A stretch of DNA of 64,000 nt from an uncultured Pseudomonadota bacterium. GTDB taxonomy: Bacteria; Pseudomonadota; Alphaproteobacteria; JACZXZ01. The notes under the pieces are model-generated. The model was not told the origin of the DNA. It made no database searches and saw only the letters and a list, made by a program, of their open reading frames with translations. Location of the stretch: assembly GCA_963749075.1 (NCBI GenBank), contig CAVVLJ010000017.1, positions 1,056,001 through 1,120,000 on the forward strand, in the 5' to 3' direction. Both the position numbers and the translations under genes were made by a program. Of this stretch, positions 1-9,885 are shown one piece after another; the first letter of the stretch is position 1, and the number at the start of each line of letters is the position of its first letter.

Positions 1-30
1 GGCCGGCTCGGCGCACCGCGGAGAGCGGTC

Positions 31-60
31 TTGCAAGCGCGCCGGCAACGGGGCTATAAA
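31..60 (+). promoter_or_regulatory. Candidate sigma70 promoter of tssH
   Basis: TTGCAA (31-36), 18-nt spacer, TATAAA (55-60) preceded by GC; about 75 nt upstream of the tssH ATG. Confidence 0.45.
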
Positions 61-134
61 ATCCGCATCGACACCCGCTTTCGGCAAGCAAGAAACCAGC
101 GGTTGCAATCCGTCGGCTGCGTTGAGGGGGGCAG

Positions 135-2849
135 ATGGCGATCGTCGATCTCAAGGCGCTGGTGGCACGGCTGAACAACGTCGGCCGCCATGCCCTCGAG
201 GCGGCGGTCGGCCTCACGCTCTCGCGCAGCAATTTCAACGTCGAGATCGAGCACTGGCTCGTCAAGCTGATCGAGCCGCCCAACACCGACATCGCCGCCA
301 TCCTCCGACAGTACGAGGTCGACACCTCGCGGCTGTTGGCCAACTTGACGCGCGTGCTCGACCGCCTCAAGACGGGGAACGCGCGCTCGCCCTCGCTCTC
401 GCCGCATCTCATCAGCCTCGCGCGCGAGGCCTGGGTGCTCGCCTCCCTCGAGTACGCGGCACCGCAGGTGCGCACGGGCCATCTCATCGCGGCCCTGCTG
501 CTCGACGATTCGCTGGCGCCGCTGGCCCGCGAGGCCTCAGCCCAGTTCGCCAAGATCCCGGCCGAGACGCTGCGCCGCGAGCTCGTCAAGCTCACCGCGG
601 GCACGGCCGAGGCGGCGGCGGCTCCGCCGGCCGCAGCGGCGGGCGGGCACGCTGCCGGACCGCTGCGGCCGCCCGGCTCGGGTGCGCTCGATCAGTACAC
701 CATCGACCTCACGGAGCGCGCGCGCGAGGGCGCCATCGATCCGGTGCTCGGCCGCGACGCCGAGATCCGGCAGATCGCCGACATCTTGACGCGCCGGCGC
801 CAGAACAATCCCATCCTCACCGGCGAGGCGGGCGTGGGCAAGACGGCGGTGGTCGAGGGCTTCGCCTCGCGCGTGGCGGAGGGCGACGTGCCGCCGGCGC
901 TGCAGAGCGTCGCCGTGCGCACCCTCGACCTCGGCCTCCTGCAGGCCGGCGCGGGCATCAAGGGCGAATTCGAGAACCGCCTCAAGTCGGTCATCGAGGA
1001 GGTCAAGGCCTCGCCCAAGCCGATCATCCTCTTCATCGACGAGGCGCACACCATGATCGGCGCCGGCGGCCAGGCCGGGCAGAACGACGCCGCCAACCTC
1101 CTGAAGCCGGCGCTGGCGCGCGGCGAGCTGCGCACCATCGCGGCCACCACCTGGGCCGAGTACAAGAAGTACTTCGAGAAGGACGCAGCCCTCGCCCGGC
1201 GCTTCCAGGTGGTCAAGGTCGAGGAGCCGAGCGAGGCGGCGGCGGTCGAGATGATCCGCGGGCTCGTCGGCACGCTCGAGGCCCATCACGGCGTGCGCAT
1301 CCTCCACGAGGCGGTGATCGAGGCGGTGCGGCTCTCGCACCGCTACATCGTCGGCCGCCAGCTCCCCGACAAGGCGGTGAGCCTGCTGGATACCGCCTGC
1401 GCGCGCGTCGCCATGAGCCTGAGTGCCACGCCGCCCGGCGTCGAGGACCGCCGCCGCGGCATCGAGCAGCTCGCCGTCGAGATCGCCATTCTCGAGCGCG
1501 AGGCGGCGACCGGTGCGCCGCACCAGGCGCAGATCGCGGCACTCGGCGAGAAGAAGGCGGCGCTCGAGGGCGAGCTCAAGGCCCTCGAGGCGCGCTGGAA
1601 GGAGGAGCGCGAGCTCGTCACGCGCATCCGCGACCTGCGCGACCGCATCGAGGAGGCGCACTTGGGTCCCCGCGGCGGCGGCGAGCCTCAGCCGGCGGCG
1701 GCGGGGGCGGCGGCAGCGCCCGCGGCTGCGGCGGCGGCAGCGCTCTCGCCCGCGGAGCTCGAGGGCCTGCGCGGCGAGCTCGGCACGCTCACCGCCAAGC
1801 TGCGCGAGGTGCAGGGCGAGACGCCGCTCGTCGAGAGCGTCGTCGACGGCCAGGCCATGGCCGCGGTGGTGGCGGCCTGGACCGGCATCCCGGTCGGCCG
1901 CATGGTGGCCAACGAGATCCGCTCCGTGCTGACGCTGCGCGAGCAGCTCGAGAAGCGGGTGGTCGGCCAGTCCCACGCGCTCGAGGCGATCGCCCAGGCG
2001 ATGCGCGTCTCCCGCGCCAGGCTGACCGATCCGCGCAAGCCGATCGGCGTCTTCCTCATGGTGGGGACGAGCGGCGTGGGCAAGACCGAGACGGCGCTGG
2101 CGCTGGCCGAGCTCCTCTACGGCGGCGAGCAGAACGTCACGGTCCTCAACATGTCGGAGTTCAAGGAGGAGCACAAGGTCTCGCTCCTCATGGGCTCGCC
2201 GCCGGGCTACGTCGGCTACGGCGAGGGCGGCGTGCTCACCGAGGCGGTGCGGCGGCGGCCCTACGGCGTCGTGCTGCTCGACGAGATGGAGAAGGCCCAC
2301 CCGGGCGTGCAGGACATCTTCTATCAGGTGTTCGACAAGGGCATGCTGCGCGACGGCGAGGGCCGCGACATCGACTTCAAGAACACCGTCGTGATCATGA
2401 CCTCGAACGCCGCCTCGGACGCCATCGCCTCGCTCTGCGCCGATCCCGCTACGATGCCGGACGAGGCGGGGCTGCTCGAGGCGCTCCGGCCCGAGCTCCT
2501 CAAGATCTTCAAGCCCGCCTTCCTCGGCCGCGTCACCGTGGTGCCCTACTTCCCCTTGAGCGACGCGGTCTTGCGCCAGATCGTCAAGCTCAACCTCGAG
2601 CGCGTGCGCCGCCGGGTCGAGGACAACTACAAAGCGCAATTCAGCTACGCACCCGAGCTGATCGAGAGCATCGCGGAGCGCTGCCGCGAGACCGAGAGCG
2701 GGGCCCGCAACATCGAGACCATCCTGAACCGAACCATGCTGCCGGAGCTGGCGCAACGCTTCCTCGGCCTCATGGCCGAGGGCAAGAGCGTGTCCTCGGT
2801 GAGCGTCACAATCGCCAGCGGCGGCGGCTTCGAATATGTGATAAGCTAA
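135..2849 (+). CDS. tssH: T6SS AAA+ ATPase TssH/ClpV
   Basis: 904 aa; two Walker A motifs (GEAGVGKT, GTSGVGKT), LLKPALARG, ClpV-type N-terminus, T6SS context. Confidence 0.96.
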   Translation: MAIVDLKALVARLNNVGRHALEAAVGLTLSRSNFNVEIEHWLVKLIEPPNTDIAAILRQYEVDTSRLLANLTRVLDRLKTGNARSPSLSPHLISLAREAWVLASLEYAAPQVRTGHLIAALLLDDSLAPLAREASAQFAKIPAETLRRELVKLTAGTAEAAAAPPAAAAGGHAAGPLRPPGSGALDQYTIDLTERAREGAIDPVLGRDAEIRQIADILTRRRQNNPILTGEAGVGKTAVVEGFASRVAEGDVPPALQSVAVRTLDLGLLQAGAGIKGEFENRLKSVIEEVKASPKPIILFIDEAHTMIGAGGQAGQNDAANLLKPALARGELRTIAATTWAEYKKYFEKDAALARRFQVVKVEEPSEAAAVEMIRGLVGTLEAHHGVRILHEAVIEAVRLSHRYIVGRQLPDKAVSLLDTACARVAMSLSATPPGVEDRRRGIEQLAVEIAILEREAATGAPHQAQIAALGEKKAALEGELKALEARWKEERELVTRIRDLRDRIEEAHLGPRGGGEPQPAAAGAAAAPAAAAAAALSPAELEGLRGELGTLTAKLREVQGETPLVESVVDGQAMAAVVAAWTGIPVGRMVANEIRSVLTLREQLEKRVVGQSHALEAIAQAMRVSRARLTDPRKPIGVFLMVGTSGVGKTETALALAELLYGGEQNVTVLNMSEFKEEHKVSLLMGSPPGYVGYGEGGVLTEAVRRRPYGVVLLDEMEKAHPGVQDIFYQVFDKGMLRDGEGRDIDFKNTVVIMTSNAASDAIASLCADPATMPDEAGLLEALRPELLKIFKPAFLGRVTVVPYFPLSDAVLRQIVKLNLERVRRRVEDNYKAQFSYAPELIESIAERCRETESGARNIETILNRTMLPELAQRFLGLMAEGKSVSSVSVTIASGGGFEYVIS

Positions 2850-3015
2850 AACGGCATTGCAGGGGACCGAGCGCGACGGTCCAAAAGTAGAAGGTTATGG
2901 GCGGCGGTTTCGCGACCGAGGAAACCGCGTGATTGGCGAGCTGGTGAGTTCCCGCGACCGCTCACGAACGGCCGCGGCCGCCGGCAGAACGCAACATATC
3001 GGAGGGTAAACTGCC

Positions 3016-3492
3016 ATGGCGATCTATCTGAAACTTGATGGTGTTTCGGGGGACGCGACCCAGCAGGACCACAAGGAGTGGATCACGCTCAACTCCTTTC
3101 AGTGGGGCGTGGGACGCGGCATTTCGACGCCCGTCGGCGATACCGCGCGGCGCGAGGCAAGCCAGCCTTCGGTCAGCGAGGTTACCGTCACCAAGATCGC
3201 GGACGTTTCCTCTTCCCAGCTGTTCGTCGAGGCCGTCACCGGGACCAATGCCAAATTGGTGAAAATCCATCTCACCAGAACCGGCTCGCCGGGCGACACC
3301 TACCTCGAGTTCATTCTCACGGACACCTTGGTGAGCGGCTACAGCATGAGCTCGGGCGGCGATCAACCGAGCGAATCCCTCTCGCTCAATTTCACCAAGA
3401 TCGAGTTCAACTACACGCCCTTCACCGCAGACAACAAGCCTGGGACCACGAAGCGCGCCTCTTTCGATCTCTCGACGGCCCAGAAGAGTTGA
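3016..3492 (+). CDS. hcp: T6SS tube protein Hcp/TssD
   Basis: 158 aa; GDATQQDHKEWI, SFQWGVGR, ESLSLNFTKIEFNY; GGAGGG RBS. Confidence 0.95.
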   Translation: MAIYLKLDGVSGDATQQDHKEWITLNSFQWGVGRGISTPVGDTARREASQPSVSEVTVTKIADVSSSQLFVEAVTGTNAKLVKIHLTRTGSPGDTYLEFILTDTLVSGYSMSSGGDQPSESLSLNFTKIEFNYTPFTADNKPGTTKRASFDLSTAQKS

Positions 3493-3689
3493 TGCGGCGG
3501 CGCATAGCGGCGTCCGCACGCGACGCCGCCTTGCGGCACCCGGGCCCGGGCGGGACCTCATTGCGCGGCGACCTCGGACGCCCGCGCGGGCGGCGGAGGG
3601 ACGCGTCCGGGCACCCTTGCCGCGGCCGAACGGCGATGCCATTGCCGGCTCGGCGGGCCGCGGCCTTCCTCAGGCGATAGAGGCGAGCA

Positions 3690-5627
3690 ATGAGCGATAC
3701 GGCCAGCGGCACCGGCGGCGGCAGCGGCAGCAACGAAGACTTCATTGCCATCGACACGCCCCTCGGGCCCGGCGTCCTGCGACCGGAGCTCTTCGAGGGG
3801 GAGGAGAGCTTCTCCGAGCCCTTCCGCTACCGCCTGCGCATGCTGTCGCACAATAAGTCGATCGATCCGCGCGACATCGTCAACAAGAACGCGACCGTCA
3901 CCCTCACCTGGACCGGCGAGCAGCCGTGGAAGCGGCTCTTCAACGGCATCGTGCGGCACTTTTCCTTGGGGCCGATGCGCGAGGAGGACTACCGCGAGTA
4001 CTATCTCGAGCTGGTGCCCTGGCTGTGGTTCCTCACGCGCCGCTCCAACTGCCGCATCTACCAGGACAAGAAGGCGCCGGACATCGTCGAGGCCGTGTTC
4101 AAGGATGCCGGCTTCACGGACTACAAGCTCAAGCTGAGCGAGAACCATCCCAAGCGCGAGTACTGCGTGCAGTACCGCGAGACCGACTTCGCCTTCGTCT
4201 CGCGGCTCTGCGAGGAGGAGGGCATCTTCTACTTTCACCAGCACGAGAAGGGCAAGCACACCCTCGTGCTCGCCGACAACCGCTCCGCCTATTTCGACTG
4301 CCCCGACCCGGAGAACAAGGTCGACTACCATCCGCTCGGCGATTTCGGGCACCTCGTCAACCGCTTCGAGCCCGGCTATGCCTTCCGCTCCGGCGTGTGG
4401 ACCCAGCGCGACTATTATTTCGAGACCCCGGACAACAACCTCGAGACGAAGCAGCAGACCATCGTCGACCTGCCCGGGCTCTCGAGCTACGAGCTCTACG
4501 ACTATCCCGGCCTCTACACCAACAAGAGCGACGGCCAGGACCTGACGAAGGTGCGCATGGAGGTGGAGGAGGCCGCCTACCAGCTCTTCGAGGGCACCGG
4601 CGCCTGCAGCAGCTTCCAGCCGGGCGCCAAGTTCGCCCTCGACCAGCTGCCCGTCGAGGCCGAGAACAACAAGACCTACGTCCTCTCCACGGTGCGCCAC
4701 ACGGCGATCGCCGCGACGCGCTATGCCGGACAGGGCAGCGAGGCGCGCTACTCCAACAGCTTCACCTGCCTCCTCGACAAGGTGCTGTTCCAGCCGCCGC
4801 GCAAGACGCCCAAGGCGGTGGTGCGCGGCCCGCACACCGCCTTCGTCGTGGGCCCCCAGGGCGAGGAGATCTACTGCGACAAGTACGGCCGCGTGAAGGT
4901 CCAGTTCCACTGGGACCGCTACGGCAAGAAAAACGAGCAGAGCTCGTGCTGGATGCGCGTCGCCCAGCTCTGGGCCGGCAAGAACTGGGGCGCCATCTTC
5001 ATCCCGCGCATCGGCATGGAGGTGCTCGTCGACTTCCTCGAGGGCGACCCCGACCGGCCGCTCATCACGGGCTGCGTCTATAACGCCAACTACATGCCGC
5101 CCTACACGCTGCCCGACAACAAGACGCAGAGCGGCCTCAAGACGCGCAGCTCGAAGGGAGGCGGCACCGCGGACTTCAACGAGCTGCGCTTCGAGGACAA
5201 GAAGGACTCGGAGGAGGTCTACTTCCACGCCCAGAAGGACTACAACCGGGTCGTCGAGCACGACGACACCCTCAAGGTCGGCCACGACCAGACCATCGAG
5301 ATCACCAACAACCGCACCGAGACGATCGACCAGGGCAACGACAGCCTCACGCTGCAGGCCGGCAACCGCTCGATCAACGTCGACATGGGGTCGAGCTCGC
5401 TCACCGCCCTGCAATCGATCTCGGTCACGTCCGAGATGTCGATCACGCTCACGGTCGGCCCGAGCAGCATCAGCATAACGCCCGCGAGCATCTCGCTCTC
5501 CTCGCCGGTCATCAATCTCACCGCCGAGGCCACCATTTCGGAGATGGCGCCGGTGATCAATATCACGGGGACGCCCGTGACGGTCGCGGTTATCGCCGGG
5601 ACCGGCCTCGTGGCACCTCCGGTTTAG
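3690..5627 (+). CDS. vgrG: T6SS spike protein VgrG/TssI
   Basis: 645 aa; YCVQYRETDFAFVSRL, GRVKVQFHWDR, IPRIGMEVLVDFLEGDPDRP, NELRFEDKK; short S/T/I-rich beta-helix tail. Confidence 0.96.
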   Translation: MSDTASGTGGGSGSNEDFIAIDTPLGPGVLRPELFEGEESFSEPFRYRLRMLSHNKSIDPRDIVNKNATVTLTWTGEQPWKRLFNGIVRHFSLGPMREEDYREYYLELVPWLWFLTRRSNCRIYQDKKAPDIVEAVFKDAGFTDYKLKLSENHPKREYCVQYRETDFAFVSRLCEEEGIFYFHQHEKGKHTLVLADNRSAYFDCPDPENKVDYHPLGDFGHLVNRFEPGYAFRSGVWTQRDYYFETPDNNLETKQQTIVDLPGLSSYELYDYPGLYTNKSDGQDLTKVRMEVEEAAYQLFEGTGACSSFQPGAKFALDQLPVEAENNKTYVLSTVRHTAIAATRYAGQGSEARYSNSFTCLLDKVLFQPPRKTPKAVVRGPHTAFVVGPQGEEIYCDKYGRVKVQFHWDRYGKKNEQSSCWMRVAQLWAGKNWGAIFIPRIGMEVLVDFLEGDPDRPLITGCVYNANYMPPYTLPDNKTQSGLKTRSSKGGGTADFNELRFEDKKDSEEVYFHAQKDYNRVVEHDDTLKVGHDQTIEITNNRTETIDQGNDSLTLQAGNRSINVDMGSSSLTALQSISVTSEMSITLTVGPSSISITPASISLSSPVINLTAEATISEMAPVINITGTPVTVAVIAGTGLVAPPV

Positions 5628-5641
5628 AGGGTCCCCGCGCG

Positions 5642-5675
5642 TTGACACCGCGGGCGCCGCAACCGATAATTATCG
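5642..5675 (+). promoter_or_regulatory. Internal sigma70 promoter overlapped by a 12-bp palindrome
   Basis: TTGACA-N17-GATAAT (5642-5670); CGATAATTATCG at 5664-5675. Confidence 0.6.
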
Positions 5676-5748
5676 ATGTAAATCTATGGCTTGGCCCGGC
5701 GGTCCGCGGCCCTTGGGACCGCCCGCCGGGGATTTCGCTCGAGGCATC

Positions 5749-6369
5749 ATGGAGCTAGGCCCGCTCACCAAGGTCAAGGCCGCGACGGCCGCGGAGCTCT
5801 GCGCCAGAAGCAAGCTGGAGCCGCCTGGGCACGCCATGCTCAGCGGCGACGAGCCGCCAGCGGCACTCCTAGGCCGGCTGATCGAGGGCAAGCTCTACCG
5901 CGACGCGGTCCGCCTCCTCGCCCAGGCGCTGCCCAAGCGCGAGGCCGTGTGGTGGGCCTGCCTTTGCGCACATGCGGTGCTTCCGGCTAAGAAGGAGCCG
6001 GCCGACGCCGCGGCGCTCAAGGCGGCGGAGCGCTGGGTGGTCAAGCCGAGCGAGGCGCACCGCAGTGCGGCCATGCCCGCGGCGCGCGCCGCCGGCTTCG
6101 AGCAGCCGGCGAGCTGGGCCGCCGTTGCCGTGAGCTGGAGCGGCGGCAGCATGATGCCGGAGGGCCATCCGGCGATGCCGCCGGGCGACGAGCTCACGGG
6201 ACAGGCCGTCGCCAACGCGGTGCTGCTCGCGGGCCTGCAGGGCGACGCGACCAGGATCGCGGCGCGCTTCCGCGACTTCCTCGAGCGCGGCATCGACCTT
6301 GCCAAGGGCGGCACCGGCAAGAAGGCCGGAGACGCGCCGGGTGCTGCTGCACCGTCGCTTCCGCTCTGA
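5749..6369 (+). CDS. DUF6931-like T6SS-associated protein
   Basis: ALPKREAVWWACLC and AAERWV..PSE motifs typical of the protein found after vgrG; ATG 5749 chosen for its GAGG RBS. Confidence 0.75.
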   Translation: MELGPLTKVKAATAAELCARSKLEPPGHAMLSGDEPPAALLGRLIEGKLYRDAVRLLAQALPKREAVWWACLCAHAVLPAKKEPADAAALKAAERWVVKPSEAHRSAAMPAARAAGFEQPASWAAVAVSWSGGSMMPEGHPAMPPGDELTGQAVANAVLLAGLQGDATRIAARFRDFLERGIDLAKGGTGKKAGDAPGAAAPSLPL

Positions 6370-6467
6370 GGCAAAGGAGGGATCGTAGGCCAGCCGATGG
6401 GTGAGCGGGCGATGCAGAGGACGACGAGGCCGGGCCAAGCTGCGGCGCCGCCCGAGCGGAGAACGCC

Positions 6468-7916
6468 ATGGCCCTGACCCTTGCGCTCGCCGGCAAGGAG
6501 GCTTTGCCGCCGGGCCAGCGCGCGAGCCTGACCATCGAGCGCGGCAGCGCCACCATCGGGCGCAGCAAGGACAACGACTGGGCGCTGGCGGACCCGAGCC
6601 GGCTGCTCTCCGGCAAGCACTGCTCCATCGAGTGCCGCGGCGACGCCTACTTCATCACCGACACCAGCACGAACGGCGTCTACCTCAACCGCTCGCCCGA
6701 CCGCCTTGGCCGCGGCAACACGGCGCAGCTCAACGACGGCGATCTGGTCAGTTTCGGCCAGTACGAGATCGAGGTGCGCATCGGCGCGCCCTCAGGCGCG
6801 GCCGTGGCGGAGAAACACCCGGCGGAGGCCGGGAACGACACCTTCTTCGGCAAGCTCAAGGCCGACTTCGGCGTCGCCGCCGCGGAGCCACCTGCGGCGG
6901 GCGCGGGAGCGACGCGCGAGCGAGCGGCCCAGCCCCTGCCGCCCGATCCTCTCGGCGATCCGCTCGAGAGGCTGCCGCCGCTGCCCGGCTTGCCGCGCGA
7001 GCCGGTGCCCGAGCTCATCCCCGACGACATCGAGCTTTTCGGCCGCGACCGGGCGCGCGAGGAGTGGCGCGGCCCTTCGGAAGCGGACCACGTGCCCTCG
7101 TCCCAGGAGTTCTTTGCCCCGCCGCAGGTTCGCCAACAGGCGTTCCCCGCCGGCAGCGGCGCCATCCCGGAGGATTGGGACAAGGAGCCCGCGGCCGGCG
7201 GGCCGGCCCCTGCCTCGAGCCGGCCCGCCGCCGCGCCGCAAGTGCCGGAGCGCCCGTCGCGCGGGGGGAGAGGCAGCGACACGCTCCCGCCTGCGAGCGC
7301 GCCGCCCGCGGCAGGTACCGCCGGCGGCGCCGGCGATGCGGCACTCCTCGCCAGCTTTCTCGCGGCCTCCGGGCTTGCGAAGCTCGAGGTGCCCGACGCC
7401 GCGGCCGAGGCGACGATGCAGCTCGTCGGCCGCCTCTTTCGCGAGATCGTCGGCGGCTTGCGCGAGTTGCTCATGACGCGCGCCGAGATCAAGAGCGAGA
7501 TGCGCGTCCCGCAAACCCAGATCCGGCCGAAGGGCAACAACCCGCTCAAGTTCTCCGCCTCGGTCGAGGAGGCGATGACGGCGCTCCTGCGCCCCACGGG
7601 CTCGGGCTATCTCGCTCCCGACAAGGCGATCGAGGAGGCGGTCAAGGACCTCCGCGCGCACGAGCTCGCCGTCATGGCCGGCGTGCAGGAAGTGCTGGCG
7701 ACGCTCCTCAAGCGCTTCGACCCCAAGCAGCTCGAGGAGCGGCTCAAGGAGGCCTCGTCGCTTGCCAGCGTCCTGCCGGGGGCGCGCAAGGCGCGCTATT
7801 GGGAGGTCTATACCGAGCTCTACCGCGAGATCGCGCGCGAGGCGGAGGACGACTTCAGCGGCTTCTTCGGCCGCGAGTTCGCCCGCGCCTACATGCAGAA
7901 GGTGACGAAGCTGTGA
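6468..7916 (+). CDS. tagH: T6SS FHA-domain protein TagH
   Basis: N-terminal FHA (IGRS, SGKH, DTSTNG), Pro-rich linker, C-terminal NNPLKFS and AHELAVMAG motifs. Confidence 0.92.
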   Translation: MALTLALAGKEALPPGQRASLTIERGSATIGRSKDNDWALADPSRLLSGKHCSIECRGDAYFITDTSTNGVYLNRSPDRLGRGNTAQLNDGDLVSFGQYEIEVRIGAPSGAAVAEKHPAEAGNDTFFGKLKADFGVAAAEPPAAGAGATRERAAQPLPPDPLGDPLERLPPLPGLPREPVPELIPDDIELFGRDRAREEWRGPSEADHVPSSQEFFAPPQVRQQAFPAGSGAIPEDWDKEPAAGGPAPASSRPAAAPQVPERPSRGGRGSDTLPPASAPPAAGTAGGAGDAALLASFLAASGLAKLEVPDAAAEATMQLVGRLFREIVGGLRELLMTRAEIKSEMRVPQTQIRPKGNNPLKFSASVEEAMTALLRPTGSGYLAPDKAIEEAVKDLRAHELAVMAGVQEVLATLLKRFDPKQLEERLKEASSLASVLPGARKARYWEVYTELYREIAREAEDDFSGFFGREFARAYMQKVTKL

Positions 7917-8002
7917 GCGCCGCGGCGGCGATGGTGCTGCGGCGGCGCTTCGGCTAGGATGGGCGAGGACGGGCTGCGGCAGCAGGGGGGGGGACGCGGG
8001 AG

Positions 8003-8482
8003 ATGGCGATCGCTCGGCGCCTGCTTTGGGCCGCGGGCCTTGCGGCGGCGGCCGCCCTTTGCGGCCCGCTTGCCGCGGCACCCCCGGCACCTCAGCCGAC
8101 CATCGCCGTGCTCGACATCCAGGCGGCGGCCGACATCAATCCCGACCCCAAGGGTGCCGCGGCACCGGTCGGCATCCGGCTCTACCAGCTCACCCTGCCG
8201 GACGGCTTCGAGGCGGCGGATTTCTTCGCGCTCTACCGCGACGACGGTGCCGCCCTCGGCGCCGCCCTGCGCGGCCGCGAGGAGCTCGTCCTGGCGCCCG
8301 GGCGACGCGAGCGCGTGAGCGAGGAGATGAAAGAGGACGCGCATTACATCGGCGTGCTGGTCGCCTACCGCGACATCGACCATGCGAGCTGGCGGCTCGT
8401 CGTCCCGGTGCCGGCCAACAAGACGACGACGTTCGCGGTAGAGCTTGCGGGAGAGACGGTGAGGCTCGCCGCAGCGAAATGA
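8003..8482 (+). CDS. tssJ: T6SS membrane-complex protein TssJ
   Basis: Signal peptide with Cys, DINPD, RLYQL, FEAADFFAL, IGVLVAYRD..W. Confidence 0.88.
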   Translation: MAIARRLLWAAGLAAAAALCGPLAAAPPAPQPTIAVLDIQAAADINPDPKGAAAPVGIRLYQLTLPDGFEAADFFALYRDDGAALGAALRGREELVLAPGRRERVSEEMKEDAHYIGVLVAYRDIDHASWRLVVPVPANKTTTFAVELAGETVRLAAAK

Positions 8483-8544
8483 CGCGGCGGCCGGGCGCCG
8501 CGGCGCTGTCGCCGCGGCGCATCATGGAGTGGTCCGGGTAGCGC

Positions 8545-9879
8545 ATGTCGTGGGAAAACAAAGTGGTGTGGTCCGAGGGCATGTTCCTCAGGACGCAGCA
8601 CTTCCAACAGAGCGACCGCTGGGTGGAGAAGCTGGTGCGCGCCAGCGTGCGGAGCTTGCGCCCGTACGGCTGGGGCCTCTCGGAGTTCTCGATCGACCGC
8701 GCGCTCCTCGCCACCGGCAAGTTCGCGCTCACCATGTGCCGGGGCGTGCTAGAGGACGGCACGCCCTTCAGCATTCCCGAGGATGCGCCGCACCCCGCCC
8801 CCCTCGAGCTGCCCGAGAACGCGCGCAACGTCATCGTCTATCTCGCCGTTGCCGTGCGCCAGCCGGGCGGGGTCGAGGTCGACGGCGACGGCCACGGCGA
8901 GACCGCGGCGCGCTACGCGGGCGAGGAGTACGAGGCCGTCGACAGCATCGCCGGCGCCGAGACCGTGGCGCGGCTCAAGGTCGCCAAGCTGCGCGTGCGC
9001 TACATGCTCGAGAGCGAGGCGCGCGGCGGCTACGTCTGCCTCGGCCTCGCCCGCATCGTCGAGATGCGCGCGGACAAGAACATCGTGCTCGACGACAACT
9101 ACATCCCGCCCTGCCTCGACTGCGCGGTGTCGCCGGCGCTGACCGGCTACCTCAAGGAGCTCGAGGGCCTCTTCCACCACCGCGGCGAGGCGCTCGCCGC
9201 GCGCGTGGTGAGCTCCGGCACCAAGGGCGCCGCCGAGATCGCCGACTTCCTTCTTCTGCAAGTGGTCAACCGCGTCGAGCCGCTGCTCACCCACTTCGCC
9301 GCGGCCTCGACGCTCCACCCCGAGACCTTCTTCGCGGCGGCGCTCATGATGGCGGGCGAGCTCGCCACCTTCACCGCGGCGACGAAACGGCCACCCCAGC
9401 TCGCCATCTATCGCCACGACGACCTCCAGGGCAGCTTCGCGCCGCTCATGCTCGAGCTCAGGCGCTCGCTCAGCGCCGTGCTCGAGCAGACCGCCATCTT
9501 GATCGAGCTGCAGGAGCGGCGCTACGGCATCCGCGTCGGCGCCATCGCCGACCGCACCCTCTTGGCGCGCGCGGCCTTCGTCCTCGCGGTCAAGGCCGAC
9601 ATCCCCGCCGAGAAGCTGCGCCGCGATTTCCCCAACCAGGCCAAGATCGGCCCGGTCGAGCAGATCCGCGAGCTCGTCAACGTGGCGCTGACCGGGGTTC
9701 CCGTGCGCCCCCTGCCGGTCGCCCCGCGGCATATCCCCTATCACGCGGGCATGACCTATTTCGAGCTCGACCGCACGAGCCAATACTGGAAGGCCATGGG
9801 CAGCTCGGGCGGCCTCGCGATCCACGTGGCCGGCGAATACCCGGGCCTGCAGATGCAGCTTTGGGCGATCAAAGAGTAG
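8545..9879 (+). CDS. tssK: T6SS baseplate protein TssK
   Basis: KVVWSEGMFLRTQHFQQ, YFELD, LWAIK. Confidence 0.95.
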   Translation: MSWENKVVWSEGMFLRTQHFQQSDRWVEKLVRASVRSLRPYGWGLSEFSIDRALLATGKFALTMCRGVLEDGTPFSIPEDAPHPAPLELPENARNVIVYLAVAVRQPGGVEVDGDGHGETAARYAGEEYEAVDSIAGAETVARLKVAKLRVRYMLESEARGGYVCLGLARIVEMRADKNIVLDDNYIPPCLDCAVSPALTGYLKELEGLFHHRGEALAARVVSSGTKGAAEIADFLLLQVVNRVEPLLTHFAAASTLHPETFFAAALMMAGELATFTAATKRPPQLAIYRHDDLQGSFAPLMLELRRSLSAVLEQTAILIELQERRYGIRVGAIADRTLLARAAFVLAVKADIPAEKLRRDFPNQAKIGPVEQIRELVNVALTGVPVRPLPVAPRHIPYHAGMTYFELDRTSQYWKAMGSSGGLAIHVAGEYPGLQMQLWAIKE

Positions 9880-9885
9880 CCGAGG

